Origin: Candidatus Zixiibacteriota bacterium
GTDB taxonomy: Bacteria > Zixibacteria > MSB-5A5 > GN15 > JAAZOE01
Assembly: GCA_023138975.1 (NCBI GenBank)
Contig: JAGLON010000023.1
Span: 6,131 to 70,130 of the forward strand
DNA length: 64,000 bases
Reading direction: 5' to 3'
Position numbers and translations under genes: made by a program. The notes under the pieces are model-generated. The model had not been told where the DNA came from. It worked only from the letters and a program-made list of their open reading frames with translations, and made no database searches. The number at the start of each line of letters is the position of its first letter. Position 1 is the stretch's first letter. This document shows, piece after piece, positions 10,111 to 20,888 of the stretch.

Positions 10111-11274
10111 TTAATTTGACCGAAGCGCCTCGACAATCTTCAAACGCGCCGCTCGCACCGCCGGTAAAAAACCGCCCACGACTCCCATTACGATAGAAAA
10201 CACCAATGCGGAAACCGCAATCTGCGAATTCAGCTTGAACTTAAACGCAATATCGGTAAAGGTGCTCCAGTTAGTTGTGGACACTTCGACCATTTGCAGC
10301 AAGTATGCGCCCACTACTCCCAATATACCGCCAAAGAATGAAATCAGGATGGCTTCGAGTAAAAACGACGTCAGGATTGCAGAACGCCCGAATCCAAGCG
10401 AGCGCAAAGTGCCAATCTCTTTGGTGCGGTTTGCGACGGCGGCATACATCGTAATCATGGCTCCAACAATCGCGCCGAAACTGAAAATGATACTAATGAT
10501 ATATCCGGTTATTCCCATGAACGATGAAAATATTTGCGATTGATCTTCGTAATACTGTTTTTCCTTTTTAACATCCAGAGGCAACCTGGGATCACCTTCA
10601 ACCTTAGCCCTGAGACTGGCAAACTGAATGGTATCTGAGATTTTCATAGTCAGCGAAGAATATATCGGGCGACGGAAGGCATCCGACATCTGCTGACGCT
10701 CACCCCACACTTCTGATTCAAAACCCGACCCCTCGCTTTCAAAAACACCGACAATAGTCCAATCGCGGGCGCCAAAACGAACCGTCTCGCCTACACCGCA
10801 ACCCTCGAATTTTTCAGCGATTTTTATACCCGCTATAATTTCCGAACCGGGGTCGGTCCACATTCGCCCCTGTGTAATTTTCACATGCGACCGTATTTCA
10901 AATGATTTATCTGTAACACCTCGAACGGTAATATTGCCCGCTTCGCCACTACTGCGGGTCGGAACCGTAATAAGCACGACCGTTTCATTGGTCATAAGCG
11001 GCGAGCCATCGGAAGCCTTGGCGATTTCGGGAAAGGTGCTGACAATCTGCCCTTGCTCGTAATTTATTATAGACATCATCTCTGCTTGAGAAGCCTTGCG
11101 AATCATAATCACATTATCATCGCCACCAGTCGCGACTAATGTTTCTTTCATGCCGTTAGTCAACATCTGTGACGCGGCAAACACAAAAACCACCAGAGCA
11201 ATACCAAAAATGGTCAAAGACGAGGTGATTTTGCGATTCGTAATATTGCGTAATGTATAACTTGGGGGAATCAT
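10111..11274 (-). CDS. ABC transporter permease, MacB/FtsX family
   Basis: N-terminal TM helix, periplasmic domain, RTKEIGTLRSLGF motif, three C-terminal TM helices, PAVRAARL; GAGGA RBS before ATG 11274. Confidence 0.92.
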   Translation of the reverse strand: MIPPSYTLRNITNRKITSSLTIFGIALVVFVFAASQMLTNGMKETLVATGGDDNVIMIRKASQAEMMSIINYEQGQIVSTFPEIAKASDGSPLMTNETVVLITVPTRSSGEAGNITVRGVTDKSFEIRSHVKITQGRMWTDPGSEIIAGIKIAEKFEGCGVGETVRFGARDWTIVGVFESEGSGFESEVWGERQQMSDAFRRPIYSSLTMKISDTIQFASLRAKVEGDPRLPLDVKKEKQYYEDQSQIFSSFMGITGYIISIIFSFGAIVGAMITMYAAVANRTKEIGTLRSLGFGRSAILTSFLLEAILISFFGGILGVVGAYLLQMVEVSTTNWSTFTDIAFKFKLNSQIAVSALVFSIVMGVVGGFLPAVRAARLKIVEALRSN

Positions 11275-11289
11275 TATCAAATCCTCATC

Positions 11290-12447
11290 TTAATCGATAA
11301 CCCGCAGGCCATCTACTATTTTCGTACTCAATACCCGCTGAATCGGGAATATTGAAGCTATCAAACCAACCAGAAGCGCGGTCACCATACAGGTAATAAA
11401 GGTAATCGGTTCAACTGCGAATCCGGGAAAGAAAGCGCTTAAAGCCACCGCCGCGCCTTTGGCCACAACCACAAGAAGTACCAGTCCCAGTAGTCCACCA
11501 AGAATTGCGATAAAAAGCGACTCTCCTAAAATCAGGCCGGATAAATGATACCCCCGAAATCCGAGCGTTTTCATAAACGCATTTTCAGAGGTACGCTCAC
11601 GAGCCGTCATTGACATCGTGTTTACAAGAATCATCAGAATCACTCCGATAATCAGAAATGATACTATCCGCAGCCCAAGAATAATCTGGCTCGACAACTC
11701 TATGAAACTCATCTGAAACTCTTTTTCGGTTTCCGTCTGGGTCTCAGCCCAGGAATTATCAAACCTTGCATCAACCTGCGAACATATTTGAGCGGCCTGA
11801 GACGGATCTGCTATTTTTAGCGCATACCAGCCAACATTGCCCGCCCGTCCCGGAGATTCCTGCTTTATCCGCTCATCAAGATAGTCATATCGCATATAGA
11901 AAATCGTTTCATCGGTATCGACTTGTGCCCCGTTATAAATACCACGGATTGTAAAATCCCAGTCTCCCGGATAAATCGTGCCGATGAGCGATATCTTATC
12001 GCCGATTTTCCAACTGAAGCGATCAGCGAGACCTCGCCCGACAATAACCGCATTGCGTTCGGCTTTAAACGCCTCAAACTGATCCGGCGGAATCAAGAAT
12101 TCCGGAAAGAGATCAAAATAGTTGGTGTGATCAATGCAAAATTGAGGGAAAAAATTCGATGCTTCTATATACACGCCCCCAAACCAGTTGGCATAAGTAA
12201 CGTCTTTGACTCCATCAATTTTCAAAAGCTGTTCTTTATACGCCATCGGCAGCGTAAAGACAATCGACACCGCATGACGGGTAATCAGTCGATCCGGCGA
12301 AGCAGCCCTGGCTCCGGCATACCAAGCCGAAATAAACGTCTGGATTAATCCAAACGCCATCACTGCCAGAGCGATTCCGACAATCGTAAGAATCGTCCTC
12401 AGAACATGCCGCAGGGAGTTCTTGAATATAAGTTTGAATAACTTCAT
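11290..12447 (-). CDS. ABC transporter permease, MacB/FtsX family
   Basis: R..LT..GIA, RERTSE.A.MKTLGF, MacB topology. Confidence 0.92.
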   Translation of the reverse strand: MKLFKLIFKNSLRHVLRTILTIVGIALAVMAFGLIQTFISAWYAGARAASPDRLITRHAVSIVFTLPMAYKEQLLKIDGVKDVTYANWFGGVYIEASNFFPQFCIDHTNYFDLFPEFLIPPDQFEAFKAERNAVIVGRGLADRFSWKIGDKISLIGTIYPGDWDFTIRGIYNGAQVDTDETIFYMRYDYLDERIKQESPGRAGNVGWYALKIADPSQAAQICSQVDARFDNSWAETQTETEKEFQMSFIELSSQIILGLRIVSFLIIGVILMILVNTMSMTARERTSENAFMKTLGFRGYHLSGLILGESLFIAILGGLLGLVLLVVVAKGAAVALSAFFPGFAVEPITFITCMVTALLVGLIASIFPIQRVLSTKIVDGLRVID

Positions 12448-13121
12448 CAGCTCAATTCTCCCTTATTGAGATGGCGAATAAGCTCAGCCTTTTCGGCCGC
12501 CATAGGGTCGTGTGTGACCATAATAATAGTTTTATTGAATTCCGATTTCAAACGCCCCAACAGCGTCATGATTTCCTCGGCCGACTGTTTGTCCAGATCA
12601 CCAGTCGGTTCGTCGGCTAAAATAATCGAAGGATCCGATACTATTGCCCGGGCGATGGCAACCCGCTGTTCCTGACCACCGGATAATTCCCGGGGGTAAT
12701 GTTTTATTCGATCACCGAGTCCAACGATAGAAAGAGCCGTTTCGACATGTTGACGGCGATCTTTTTTGGAGAGATTAGTCAACAGTAGCGGCAATTCAAC
12801 ATTTTCAAAAGCGGTTAGAACCGGCAGTAAATTATAGAACTGAAAGACAAACCCAATATGATGCGAGCGCCATTTCGCCATTTTACTTTCGGATAGCTGA
12901 GTGATATCCTCACCCGCAACAGACAGGCTTCCGGAACTGGGTTGATCGATACCGGCCAGCAGATTAAGCAGAGTCGTCTTGCCGGAACCGGACGGCCCCA
13001 TCAAGGCCAAAAATTGGCCTTCAGGAACCTCAAGATTAATACCATGTAACACCGGTATTTCCATTGCGCCCCGGAAATAAGATTTTGTAACCCCCGATAG
13101 TTTCACCATTGTCTCTGACAT
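12447..13121 (-). CDS. ABC transporter ATP-binding protein (LolD/MacB-like)
   Basis: Walker A GPSGSGKT, LSGGQ signature, Walker B ILADEPTG, VTHD. Confidence 0.97.
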   Translation of the reverse strand: MSETMVKLSGVTKSYFRGAMEIPVLHGINLEVPEGQFLALMGPSGSGKTTLLNLLAGIDQPSSGSLSVAGEDITQLSESKMAKWRSHHIGFVFQFYNLLPVLTAFENVELPLLLTNLSKKDRRQHVETALSIVGLGDRIKHYPRELSGGQEQRVAIARAIVSDPSIILADEPTGDLDKQSAEEIMTLLGRLKSEFNKTIIMVTHDPMAAEKAELIRHLNKGELS

Positions 13122-13132
13122 AATCGCGTTCC

Positions 13133-14332
13133 TTATTGAGAAATCTCTACTTTATCACCTGTTTTCATGCCTCCGGGCGGAGATAGTATCACTTTTTGCC
13201 CAACTGTAAGGCCGGATAATATTTCTGTCACATCGGCTAATCTGCGGCCAATAGTCACCGGAATCATTTTTGAATAATCACCCTCAACAGCAAAGACTAC
13301 TTTTTGATTGTCTCGGGATGTAATCGCAGCATGTTCGACAACCATCACAGGCTTGAATTCTTCTGTTTCGCTCTGTTCAGCGCTAATCGGAAGAAAGTTC
13401 ACTCGGGCAGACATCTCAGGAAAGATTCGATTATCTAAGTTATCGAAAGCTATTTTAACCTGAATCGTCGCCCGGGCTCTATCCGCGGTCGGAACAATCT
13501 TTTTTACAAATCCGCTGTACTTTACTGTTTGATACGCATCGAGAATAATCTCGCATGGCGCATTTATTTTCACTTTTTGAATATTTGACTCGGACACATC
13601 CGCTTCAACTTCGAGAGAGCTCATATCAGCAAGCGTAACCACCGCTCCCTTTGAGGAGGCTGATGAGGCAAACGGAGTAACCATTTCCCCGACATCGGCG
13701 TTCTTGCTCAAAACTGTTCCATCGAATGGCGCACTGATAATCGTATAGTCCAAATCTACTTTGGCGGCTTTCAATGATGCTTTCATGGCTTCGACTGAGG
13801 CTTTAGCTTTTTCATAAGTTGCTGTAGCCACCTCTAGAATTTCTACTGTTGTATGACCTGATGCCAGCAGCTTTTTCTGACGCTCATAGTTTAAATAGGC
13901 TGCGACAGAATCGGCTTGGGAAATTCTTAAATTTGCCCTGGCAATATCGAGTCTGGCCTTGATATCCTCATTAAACAGCTCCGCCAGAACCTGATCCTTT
14001 TCAACGACATCCCCTTCCTCGACATTGAGAACCTTTAATCGACCAGTTGCCTTTGATGCTACCGCCGCCTTAATTTGAGCAACGACATACCCTGTCGCGA
14101 CTAACTCTGAAGCCGATTCAGTACCGGTCAGCATATAAACGGTAGCAGTCCGAACGCTAAGGGCTGGGGTAATCTTCTGTAATCCCGTTTGATAAAAAAA
14201 GTAGATTGCAATCGGCAATAATATCCAGAGTAGATGAAACCATCTCTTCCATCGGCCGGGAGGTTTGTTTTTACCGCTTCTATCGATTGTTAAGCCATTT
14301 AGATCCGCATTGCGGGCATTTGAGTCTGACAT
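13133..14332 (-). CDS. Efflux periplasmic adaptor (MacA/HlyD family membrane fusion protein)
   Basis: N-terminal TM anchor, lipoyl-like halves (VEEGDVV, APFDGTV), alpha-hairpin, VEADVSE, PEMSARV. Confidence 0.92.
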   Translation of the reverse strand: MSDSNARNADLNGLTIDRSGKNKPPGRWKRWFHLLWILLPIAIYFFYQTGLQKITPALSVRTATVYMLTGTESASELVATGYVVAQIKAAVASKATGRLKVLNVEEGDVVEKDQVLAELFNEDIKARLDIARANLRISQADSVAAYLNYERQKKLLASGHTTVEILEVATATYEKAKASVEAMKASLKAAKVDLDYTIISAPFDGTVLSKNADVGEMVTPFASSASSKGAVVTLADMSSLEVEADVSESNIQKVKINAPCEIILDAYQTVKYSGFVKKIVPTADRARATIQVKIAFDNLDNRIFPEMSARVNFLPISAEQSETEEFKPVMVVEHAAITSRDNQKVVFAVEGDYSKMIPVTIGRRLADVTEILSGLTVGQKVILSPPGGMKTGDKVEISQ

Positions 14333-14572
14333 GATTATACCTATTACCCATATCTACGCACATATAGATTCATTTAGTTTAAGAAAAGAAATATTGCACA
14401 GCACACAATCACATATTGAAATCGTTACGTTATGAATAGGGGAAAGTTTCTTAAAATACAACTTTTTTATCAGTCTTTTGTGACCGGTGTAAAATCACAA
14501 GCAGTGTTAGCTTATTGGCTCAGACAAATATAGTAACGTTAAAGCCCCGATCAGTGTGAGTTTATGGGGTAT

Positions 14573-17500
14573 CTACTTAAGCAACAGCATCTTTTTACAC
14601 TCAACGAAATCTCCGGCCCGCATCAAGTAGAAGTAAATACCGGTCGCTACCGCATGCCCGTTATTATCAGTACCGTCCCATTGAACAGTATACGATCCGG
14701 CTGGAGCCTCGGCATCAACCAGCGTCTTTACGTACCGCCCCAGAATGTTATAGACTTTCATGCTAACCATACCTCGTGAAGTTAGACTATATTCAATAGT
14801 CGTGGCCGGATTAAACGGATTGGGATAGTTTTGAGAAAGATTATAGTTGATCGGAATAGCTGATAAATCTGTTTCATCATCTGCGGCAGTCTGGTCATAC
14901 AGTTTATTGAGCAGAATTGAAAGCCCACCTCTTTCGTTGTAAAAAGAAAATCCGCCGTGACAGGCGACGACCAGATCGTTGTCGCCGTCATCATCATAAT
15001 CAAGAGCAACTATTGCTCGGGGTAGTGGGCCTACAGGATATTTGTTTTGAAAAGTAAAAGTTCCGGCGCCATCGTTTATATAAAGTGAGATTTCATAGAC
15101 AGTATAATGAATAACCGCCAGGTCGAGAAAACCGTCATTGTTCATATCAATTGTACAGAGGTCGATTGCCGTGGCGCCCGGAGAATAGTCATCGCGAAAA
15201 TGGAAGGTACCATCACCATTGTTCAATCTCACCGACATCAACGCCGGACCACCACATGTCGCTATGTCCGACCATCCATCGTTGTCTAAATCAGCAATAC
15301 AAACACCGGTCCCGCCTCCCGATAATGTTGTTGCCGGTGATGCGAGCGTACCGTCGCCGTTACTAAAGAAGATTGATGTAGAGCTGGAGGCTATGACAAG
15401 ATCATCGTATTCGTCATTGTTAAGGTCTCCGGCCTTGATATCTGTTGCGGTCCCGCTAAATCCGTATACAAGACTATCCGCAAAACTGCCGTCTCCGTTA
15501 CTTATTTTGGCATACAAGGTGCCGGTAGCAATCATCAGGTCGTCATTGCCATCTTTATTAAGGTCTGCGGAGCACACTTTCCCTTTGATATAATTAACCG
15601 TTCCCTCTCCGCCAAAACTGCCGGTCCCCTGATTCATTGCCCGCAGCGTACGCAACATTTCAGATGCTGCGATATCGTTTGCCCCATCGCCATTGAAATC
15701 GCCGGCACAGAGATTGAAGAACGGGTTGTCATCAGCGTTATACCAGTTTCTGGCGTCATCCCATTCTATGTAATTCTCGTTGGTAAGTTGTTTAGAAATA
15801 TCTCGAGTCAAAACCGTGATCCGATCCCGGAAATTTGTAGTGGGAGTTCCGGTAAGTATTTTATATGATGAAAAAGCCAGGTCGTCGAGCGTATCACCGT
15901 CGAAATCAGATGCTATTATATCATAAACTTCAGCGCCCTTACCGGACCACTCGTAGGGATAAAACAGCTCCTCGCGAGGAGTTTCTCCAATGGTATTAGG
16001 TAAGATGACAATGGCATCTACAGACGTATTAGCAATAGCCAGATCATTGTCTCCATCGCCGTCAAAATCAGCGGCACATACGGAACGAGGAGACCCGCCG
16101 GAGAAGACATTGACGGGGTCACGAGGATTAGCGGCGCCCGCATTGGGGAATACCAGCACATCGCCTGTGGCAACGATTATATCATTATCGTCGTCGGCAT
16201 CCATATCAGCGGCATAGATTGCTTTTCCTATGCCAAAATCAATTTTGGAACGAAGGCTGAAATGACCGGCGCCGTCATTTTTCATTGTGGCCACATCATG
16301 ATCATCCCAATCAAGTCCGTACATTGTGAAATCCAGATCACCGTCGCCGTCAAGATCAGAGGTGAAAATATCATAATAATACGTGCCGGGACTGCCAACG
16401 GAGTACGAACTACTGCTAAATCCGGACTCACCGTTGCCATAATAAACACGAACGCCACCCATTAAAAACAATGCGGCAAAATCAAGATATCCATCTCTGT
16501 TAAAATCGCCGGTACAAACACTGTTCGGATCCTGAGGATTTAACCCGTAATAATTGAAATTCCTCGCACCGGCAAAAGTACCATCGCCATTATTCATTAA
16601 CAAAATGATCCGATCAGACGAGTACGCCCCTTCCACAATTTCATCAGTCAGGGGGACGACAATATCAGGATATCCATCGCCGTTAAAGTCTCCGGCGGCA
16701 AGTTTTAAAGGTCGGTTAGTTCCGTGATCGTGACTTTGGATGGCAGGGTATTTCACTGGTGCCGCAAAAGTCGCATTTCCATTATTAATCAGGACGGATA
16801 TGCTGCCTTCTGACCAATTGGCGACAGCCAAATCGAGATATTGATCACCGTTATAATCGGCGATTGCTATATCTCTGGGGCCGGAACCAGAAGTGTAGCT
16901 AGACGCTTCCTGAAACGTGAGATTTCCATTACCTAAAAGTACTGAAACCGTTCCGGAACTGTAATTGGCTGATACTAAGTCCAGGAGCCCATCATTATCC
17001 AAATCGGCGGAACGAACACAGTATGGATTATCCCCAACTGGATAGAATAGCGGGTCACCGAATGCCAATGCGCTTGAATCTATTTCCGACGCTGTGATCG
17101 TGACGGTTGTGCTGGGTGACCAGTTAGCCTCAATATTTGGGTGCAGTTTACAGCGAGCCTTAACGATGATATTGTAAGTGTTTTCGGTCATCCAGGAATG
17201 GGATGCCGAATCAATAGTTGTCCAGGTTGAAAAACTGCCATCTCCCCAATTGAATCTATATTGCAGATCGTGTCCGCAGCTGCTGATCGCACCGGAGACT
17301 TTATAGGTTAAGCTTCGGTCTTCTTCACCGGTAACCGGACCAATGGGGCTGTTTGCAATAGAAACGTATTCTACCGGACACGGGTCAGGGGTTAAGATTG
17401 TGAGTTGGGTGGCGGTAGACCAATTAGCCTCCACTGTCTTATGCTTGACGCATCGGGACTTAACGATGATATCATATGTACCCACTATGGGCCACATATT

Positions 17501-18829
17501 GGAGACAGTTGTCGAAGTCGACCACGCCGATAGACTGCCATCACCCCAATGAAATCGATATTCTAGTCCATGTCCGCAGCTACTTGAAGAACCCGAAACC
17601 GTGTATTCCAGGTTTGTGCCGCCATCGCCCGTAGTCGGTCCTGCCGGTGCATCGGCAATAGTCACGATTTCATCGGGACAATTAGGCGGGGTCGTATTTT
17701 CCCAGGTACAAATATAGTTCTGATAGGCGGTTGCGACGGCAAGATCGTTGTCGCCATCACCGTCAAAATCTGCGGCACAGATCGACCGGGGCCAATCTCT
17801 GGTTATTCTTTCTGACTGAGGCCCAAGGTGAGCCAAGCCATAGTTGGGCAATATTCTAGCGCTCCTGGAGGCGAACAGTAAATCCTCATCACCATCACCA
17901 TCCATATCGGCGAAGTTGATTTCCCAGGGGTCGTATAACCAGGACTCGCCGACCAATCGCGATTCTCCTGCAGTAAACTGCCTGCTTCCGTCATTTAGAA
18001 TGATGTTTGCTCGCTGCGCACTTTCTGTTATGGTGGCGAAATCCAGATAGGAGTCACCGTCAAAATCAGCCGCGCAGATATCTACCGGTGTATTAGAGTC
18101 AGCATACAACTGTCTGGCAAAGGTAGTATCGCCATTGTTCCAAAAAATGTCCACCCAATCGCTACGACACGCGATGGCCAAGTCGGTATGCCCGTCCTTA
18201 TCAAAATCACCTGCACATAGACCTCGAGGATCGTCACTTACTTCCCAACTGGAATTGAATTGAAAAGTTCCGTTGCCGTTGTTTAGAAATAGGTATACTT
18301 TATCATTGGGAACTGCTTCGCCAAAGGTTCTATTGGTAACGGTTACTGCCAGATCGGGAGATCCGTCCAGGTTATAGTCGGCTGATTCAATATTCCATGG
18401 CTGGCAGCGACCACCGTCGTTGTCGTCGTGGCTGGCAAGATAATTGACGGTTATCGGGAATGTACCGTCGCCATTATTGAGAAGGACTGAAATACTGTCG
18501 GAAGCTTCATTGGCAACTGCCAAATCCAGCCAGTTGTCACCATCGTAATCGGCGATGGCTAAATCCCGAGCTCGGGCACCGGCGGGATAGGCGACACCAC
18601 TCTGAAAAGTACCATCACCATTACCGAAGAACACCATTACATTTCCCTGGCCACGATTGGCCGAAACGAGATCAATATGTCCGTCATTATTGAGATCGGC
18701 GGCACGAACACAATGTGGGCTTGCATCAACTTTAAGCCACCTCTTCGAAGTAAAGACAAAATCCCCAGCCATAGCTTGGCCAACAAAAATCAAGATGCAG
18801 GCGCCTACTATAAAATATTTTGAACTCAT
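14573..18829 (-). CDS. Secreted FG-GAP/VCBS repeat protein with two PKD-like domains and T9SS/FlgD-type CTD
   Basis: Many ADLxxDGxxDL / GDFNGDG repeats in three blocks; two YRFxWGDG PKD-like units; LSQNYPNPFNP..KKMLLLK tail; start ATG 18829 chosen from RBS. Confidence 0.88.
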   Translation of the reverse strand: MSSKYFIVGACILIFVGQAMAGDFVFTSKRWLKVDASPHCVRAADLNNDGHIDLVSANRGQGNVMVFFGNGDGTFQSGVAYPAGARARDLAIADYDGDNWLDLAVANEASDSISVLLNNGDGTFPITVNYLASHDDNDGGRCQPWNIESADYNLDGSPDLAVTVTNRTFGEAVPNDKVYLFLNNGNGTFQFNSSWEVSDDPRGLCAGDFDKDGHTDLAIACRSDWVDIFWNNGDTTFARQLYADSNTPVDICAADFDGDSYLDFATITESAQRANIILNDGSRQFTAGESRLVGESWLYDPWEINFADMDGDGDEDLLFASRSARILPNYGLAHLGPQSERITRDWPRSICAADFDGDGDNDLAVATAYQNYICTWENTTPPNCPDEIVTIADAPAGPTTGDGGTNLEYTVSGSSSSCGHGLEYRFHWGDGSLSAWSTSTTVSNMWPIVGTYDIIVKSRCVKHKTVEANWSTATQLTILTPDPCPVEYVSIANSPIGPVTGEEDRSLTYKVSGAISSCGHDLQYRFNWGDGSFSTWTTIDSASHSWMTENTYNIIVKARCKLHPNIEANWSPSTTVTITASEIDSSALAFGDPLFYPVGDNPYCVRSADLDNDGLLDLVSANYSSGTVSVLLGNGNLTFQEASSYTSGSGPRDIAIADYNGDQYLDLAVANWSEGSISVLINNGNATFAAPVKYPAIQSHDHGTNRPLKLAAGDFNGDGYPDIVVPLTDEIVEGAYSSDRIILLMNNGDGTFAGARNFNYYGLNPQDPNSVCTGDFNRDGYLDFAALFLMGGVRVYYGNGESGFSSSSYSVGSPGTYYYDIFTSDLDGDGDLDFTMYGLDWDDHDVATMKNDGAGHFSLRSKIDFGIGKAIYAADMDADDDNDIIVATGDVLVFPNAGAANPRDPVNVFSGGSPRSVCAADFDGDGDNDLAIANTSVDAIVILPNTIGETPREELFYPYEWSGKGAEVYDIIASDFDGDTLDDLAFSSYKILTGTPTTNFRDRITVLTRDISKQLTNENYIEWDDARNWYNADDNPFFNLCAGDFNGDGANDIAASEMLRTLRAMNQGTGSFGGEGTVNYIKGKVCSADLNKDGNDDLMIATGTLYAKISNGDGSFADSLVYGFSGTATDIKAGDLNNDEYDDLVIASSSTSIFFSNGDGTLASPATTLSGGGTGVCIADLDNDGWSDIATCGGPALMSVRLNNGDGTFHFRDDYSPGATAIDLCTIDMNNDGFLDLAVIHYTVYEISLYINDGAGTFTFQNKYPVGPLPRAIVALDYDDDGDNDLVVACHGGFSFYNERGGLSILLNKLYDQTAADDETDLSAIPINYNLSQNYPNPFNPATTIEYSLTSRGMVSMKVYNILGRYVKTLVDAEAPAGSYTVQWDGTDNNGHAVATGIYFYLMRAGDFVECKKMLLLK

Positions 18830-19088
18830 TGCTTTCCCCAATAATTCGAATAAATAATAGAATCAATTTCTCCAGATGTACCCTAAGATGTCTCACTGAC
18901 CCACTATAAATATCGGCTAAATTTCAATAAAAACAAACGGTTTTATAATTTATTGAGATAAATCTATACAGGATGGAATTAATGATAATTACGGTTTGTA
19001 AAACTATACTGCTATGCCCATACTGAACTTTGATAAGAATACTTCAATTGTCCAAAAGCTGCATAATTCAAATGGAAAACCAGTGCAT

Positions 19089-20762
19089 CTAATCAGAATT
19101 AACAAACCAGTGAGGCGCCAGCTTTTCGGTAACTTCAACGATCTCACGGTTGCGCTCTCCGATAGCATCACGCTCAATAAGACCATGAATAGCATTGTGG
19201 AGCAGCACCATTTTATCACGCACCGGAATAAGCGCCGGGTAGTATTCATTATTGAAGAAGATACGGAATCGTTCTGCCAAGAAATCATCATCAAGCATAC
19301 CGCCGATGACTTTTTCAAGGTCCGGGCCGCTTAAATCGTATAGTAGTTCTTTCGGCGGCACCATCAGGCTGATGGTATAGTCAATACTCTGCTCGGCTTT
19401 AAATGTCATTTTCCAGCACTGCAGAATTCCTAGGGAGTTAATAACGACCACAGTTACATTAATAGTCCGTCTTTCACGGTCAGCCGTGACCCCTTTTGCC
19501 ATTGGTAAATAATAATTGTCAGTAATAGACCCGAAAGCGCTGATGCCTCCGGCAAATGGATCTTCCATTATATCATAAATTGTAAAATAAGGTTTACGTT
19601 CAAACCGGGCATCCTGAATTGTCATAAACTCTTCTTCGGTAAAATGGAACCGCTCTTTCCAGCGTTCCTCAGGAGACAAATTCGGGTTTGTTAAAACGGT
19701 CTGACTGGTAAGCATCCCTATCGCCTGACCGCCTCGCCAGACCAGCGGTAATACTCCCAGAGCCCATTCGGCTGAACCGCCGATTTCACCTATCATGGCA
19801 TTGAGGTTGCGTCCATCGGGAAAAGTCAGACCATCAAGTCCCAAGACGATTCCCGGCATCAAATCACCATCATCATCGACCGGAGTCGCGATTCCCCTTC
19901 TGTGAAGAACCTCAAAAGCCGGTCTGTGCCGAGCTCTATCAAGAAAAAACGCGCTTAAATCATCAACTGATGACATATTATAAGAATTCGCTATTATCTC
20001 AGCGGCCCCTTCGGTTTTTGTTTCGCGAGGATTGAACTCATTAAAAAACTCACCACTGCACCAACGCTGAACATAAATATCGGGCAAATGCCGCTTTACT
20101 CCGGATTCGGTGACAAACAGCGATGTCATGCTCGAATGAATATCCATAACTGATTTCGTCGTACCTTCAACAACATCACTCCCCATCGACAGCAGAGTAA
20201 CATTTTTTGGCATAGTTAATCCATACTGAGAACGATGCTGCTCTTTACCAAAGACCGCTCCGACGGCAATCGTCGGGTTTCCACCCAGCTCTTTACCCGG
20301 CTTAGCTCGGGCGCCTTCGGTTAAAGTGGATTCAATTAAAACCTCTTCACCAACCGGCAGAGTTTCAGCAGTTGTCTGGAGAACTTCAGAAATAACCTGA
20401 GCGGCTGTTCGATCATTAGCACGTTTCAGTTTATTGGTAAGTTCTTTGGTAACGTGCTCTTTGGGCACCTCGTTCAAACTTCCCCGTCCATGCAGCCCGA
20501 CTGCTACTGCCGATAGCGCGGCGGAGAGAATAACCGATTGACGAAGCTGACGGTTACGAAGCGCACCAAGATTTGATTTGTGATTTATTTTATCACTGAG
20601 AGTACAGATAGTACAATCTTTCAGCTCTATATTATAATTACTCAATACCACTTTATGGCGATGATTAAACTCGAATATCTGGTCTGAAGAAAACTTATCC
20701 TCAGCAGATGGGCCGTTATATTCCAACCGTTTATCCGCGACATTAAATAATAAATCACTCAT
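19089..20762 (-). CDS. Divergent, enlarged class II fructose-1,6-bisphosphatase (GlpX)-like protein
   Basis: GlpX-like motifs in order: G.GRG..D..A, DVVEGTT, LDRARH, DGDL, IGGSAE; 557 aa versus about 330 aa for typical GlpX. Confidence 0.65.
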   Translation of the reverse strand: MSDLLFNVADKRLEYNGPSAEDKFSSDQIFEFNHRHKVVLSNYNIELKDCTICTLSDKINHKSNLGALRNRQLRQSVILSAALSAVAVGLHGRGSLNEVPKEHVTKELTNKLKRANDRTAAQVISEVLQTTAETLPVGEEVLIESTLTEGARAKPGKELGGNPTIAVGAVFGKEQHRSQYGLTMPKNVTLLSMGSDVVEGTTKSVMDIHSSMTSLFVTESGVKRHLPDIYVQRWCSGEFFNEFNPRETKTEGAAEIIANSYNMSSVDDLSAFFLDRARHRPAFEVLHRRGIATPVDDDGDLMPGIVLGLDGLTFPDGRNLNAMIGEIGGSAEWALGVLPLVWRGGQAIGMLTSQTVLTNPNLSPEERWKERFHFTEEEFMTIQDARFERKPYFTIYDIMEDPFAGGISAFGSITDNYYLPMAKGVTADRERRTINVTVVVINSLGILQCWKMTFKAEQSIDYTISLMVPPKELLYDLSGPDLEKVIGGMLDDDFLAERFRIFFNNEYYPALIPVRDKMVLLHNAIHGLIERDAIGERNREIVEVTEKLAPHWFVNSD

Positions 20763-20888
20763 GGTATTGTCCGTCCTATTACCTGAACTGCAAGTTAGTA
20801 AACAAAGAAATACGCACTGCTAATGAGTTAGTTTACGCATCATATCTTCTCTACCGCAATAGAAAAATGATGATTATACGATTACTAC

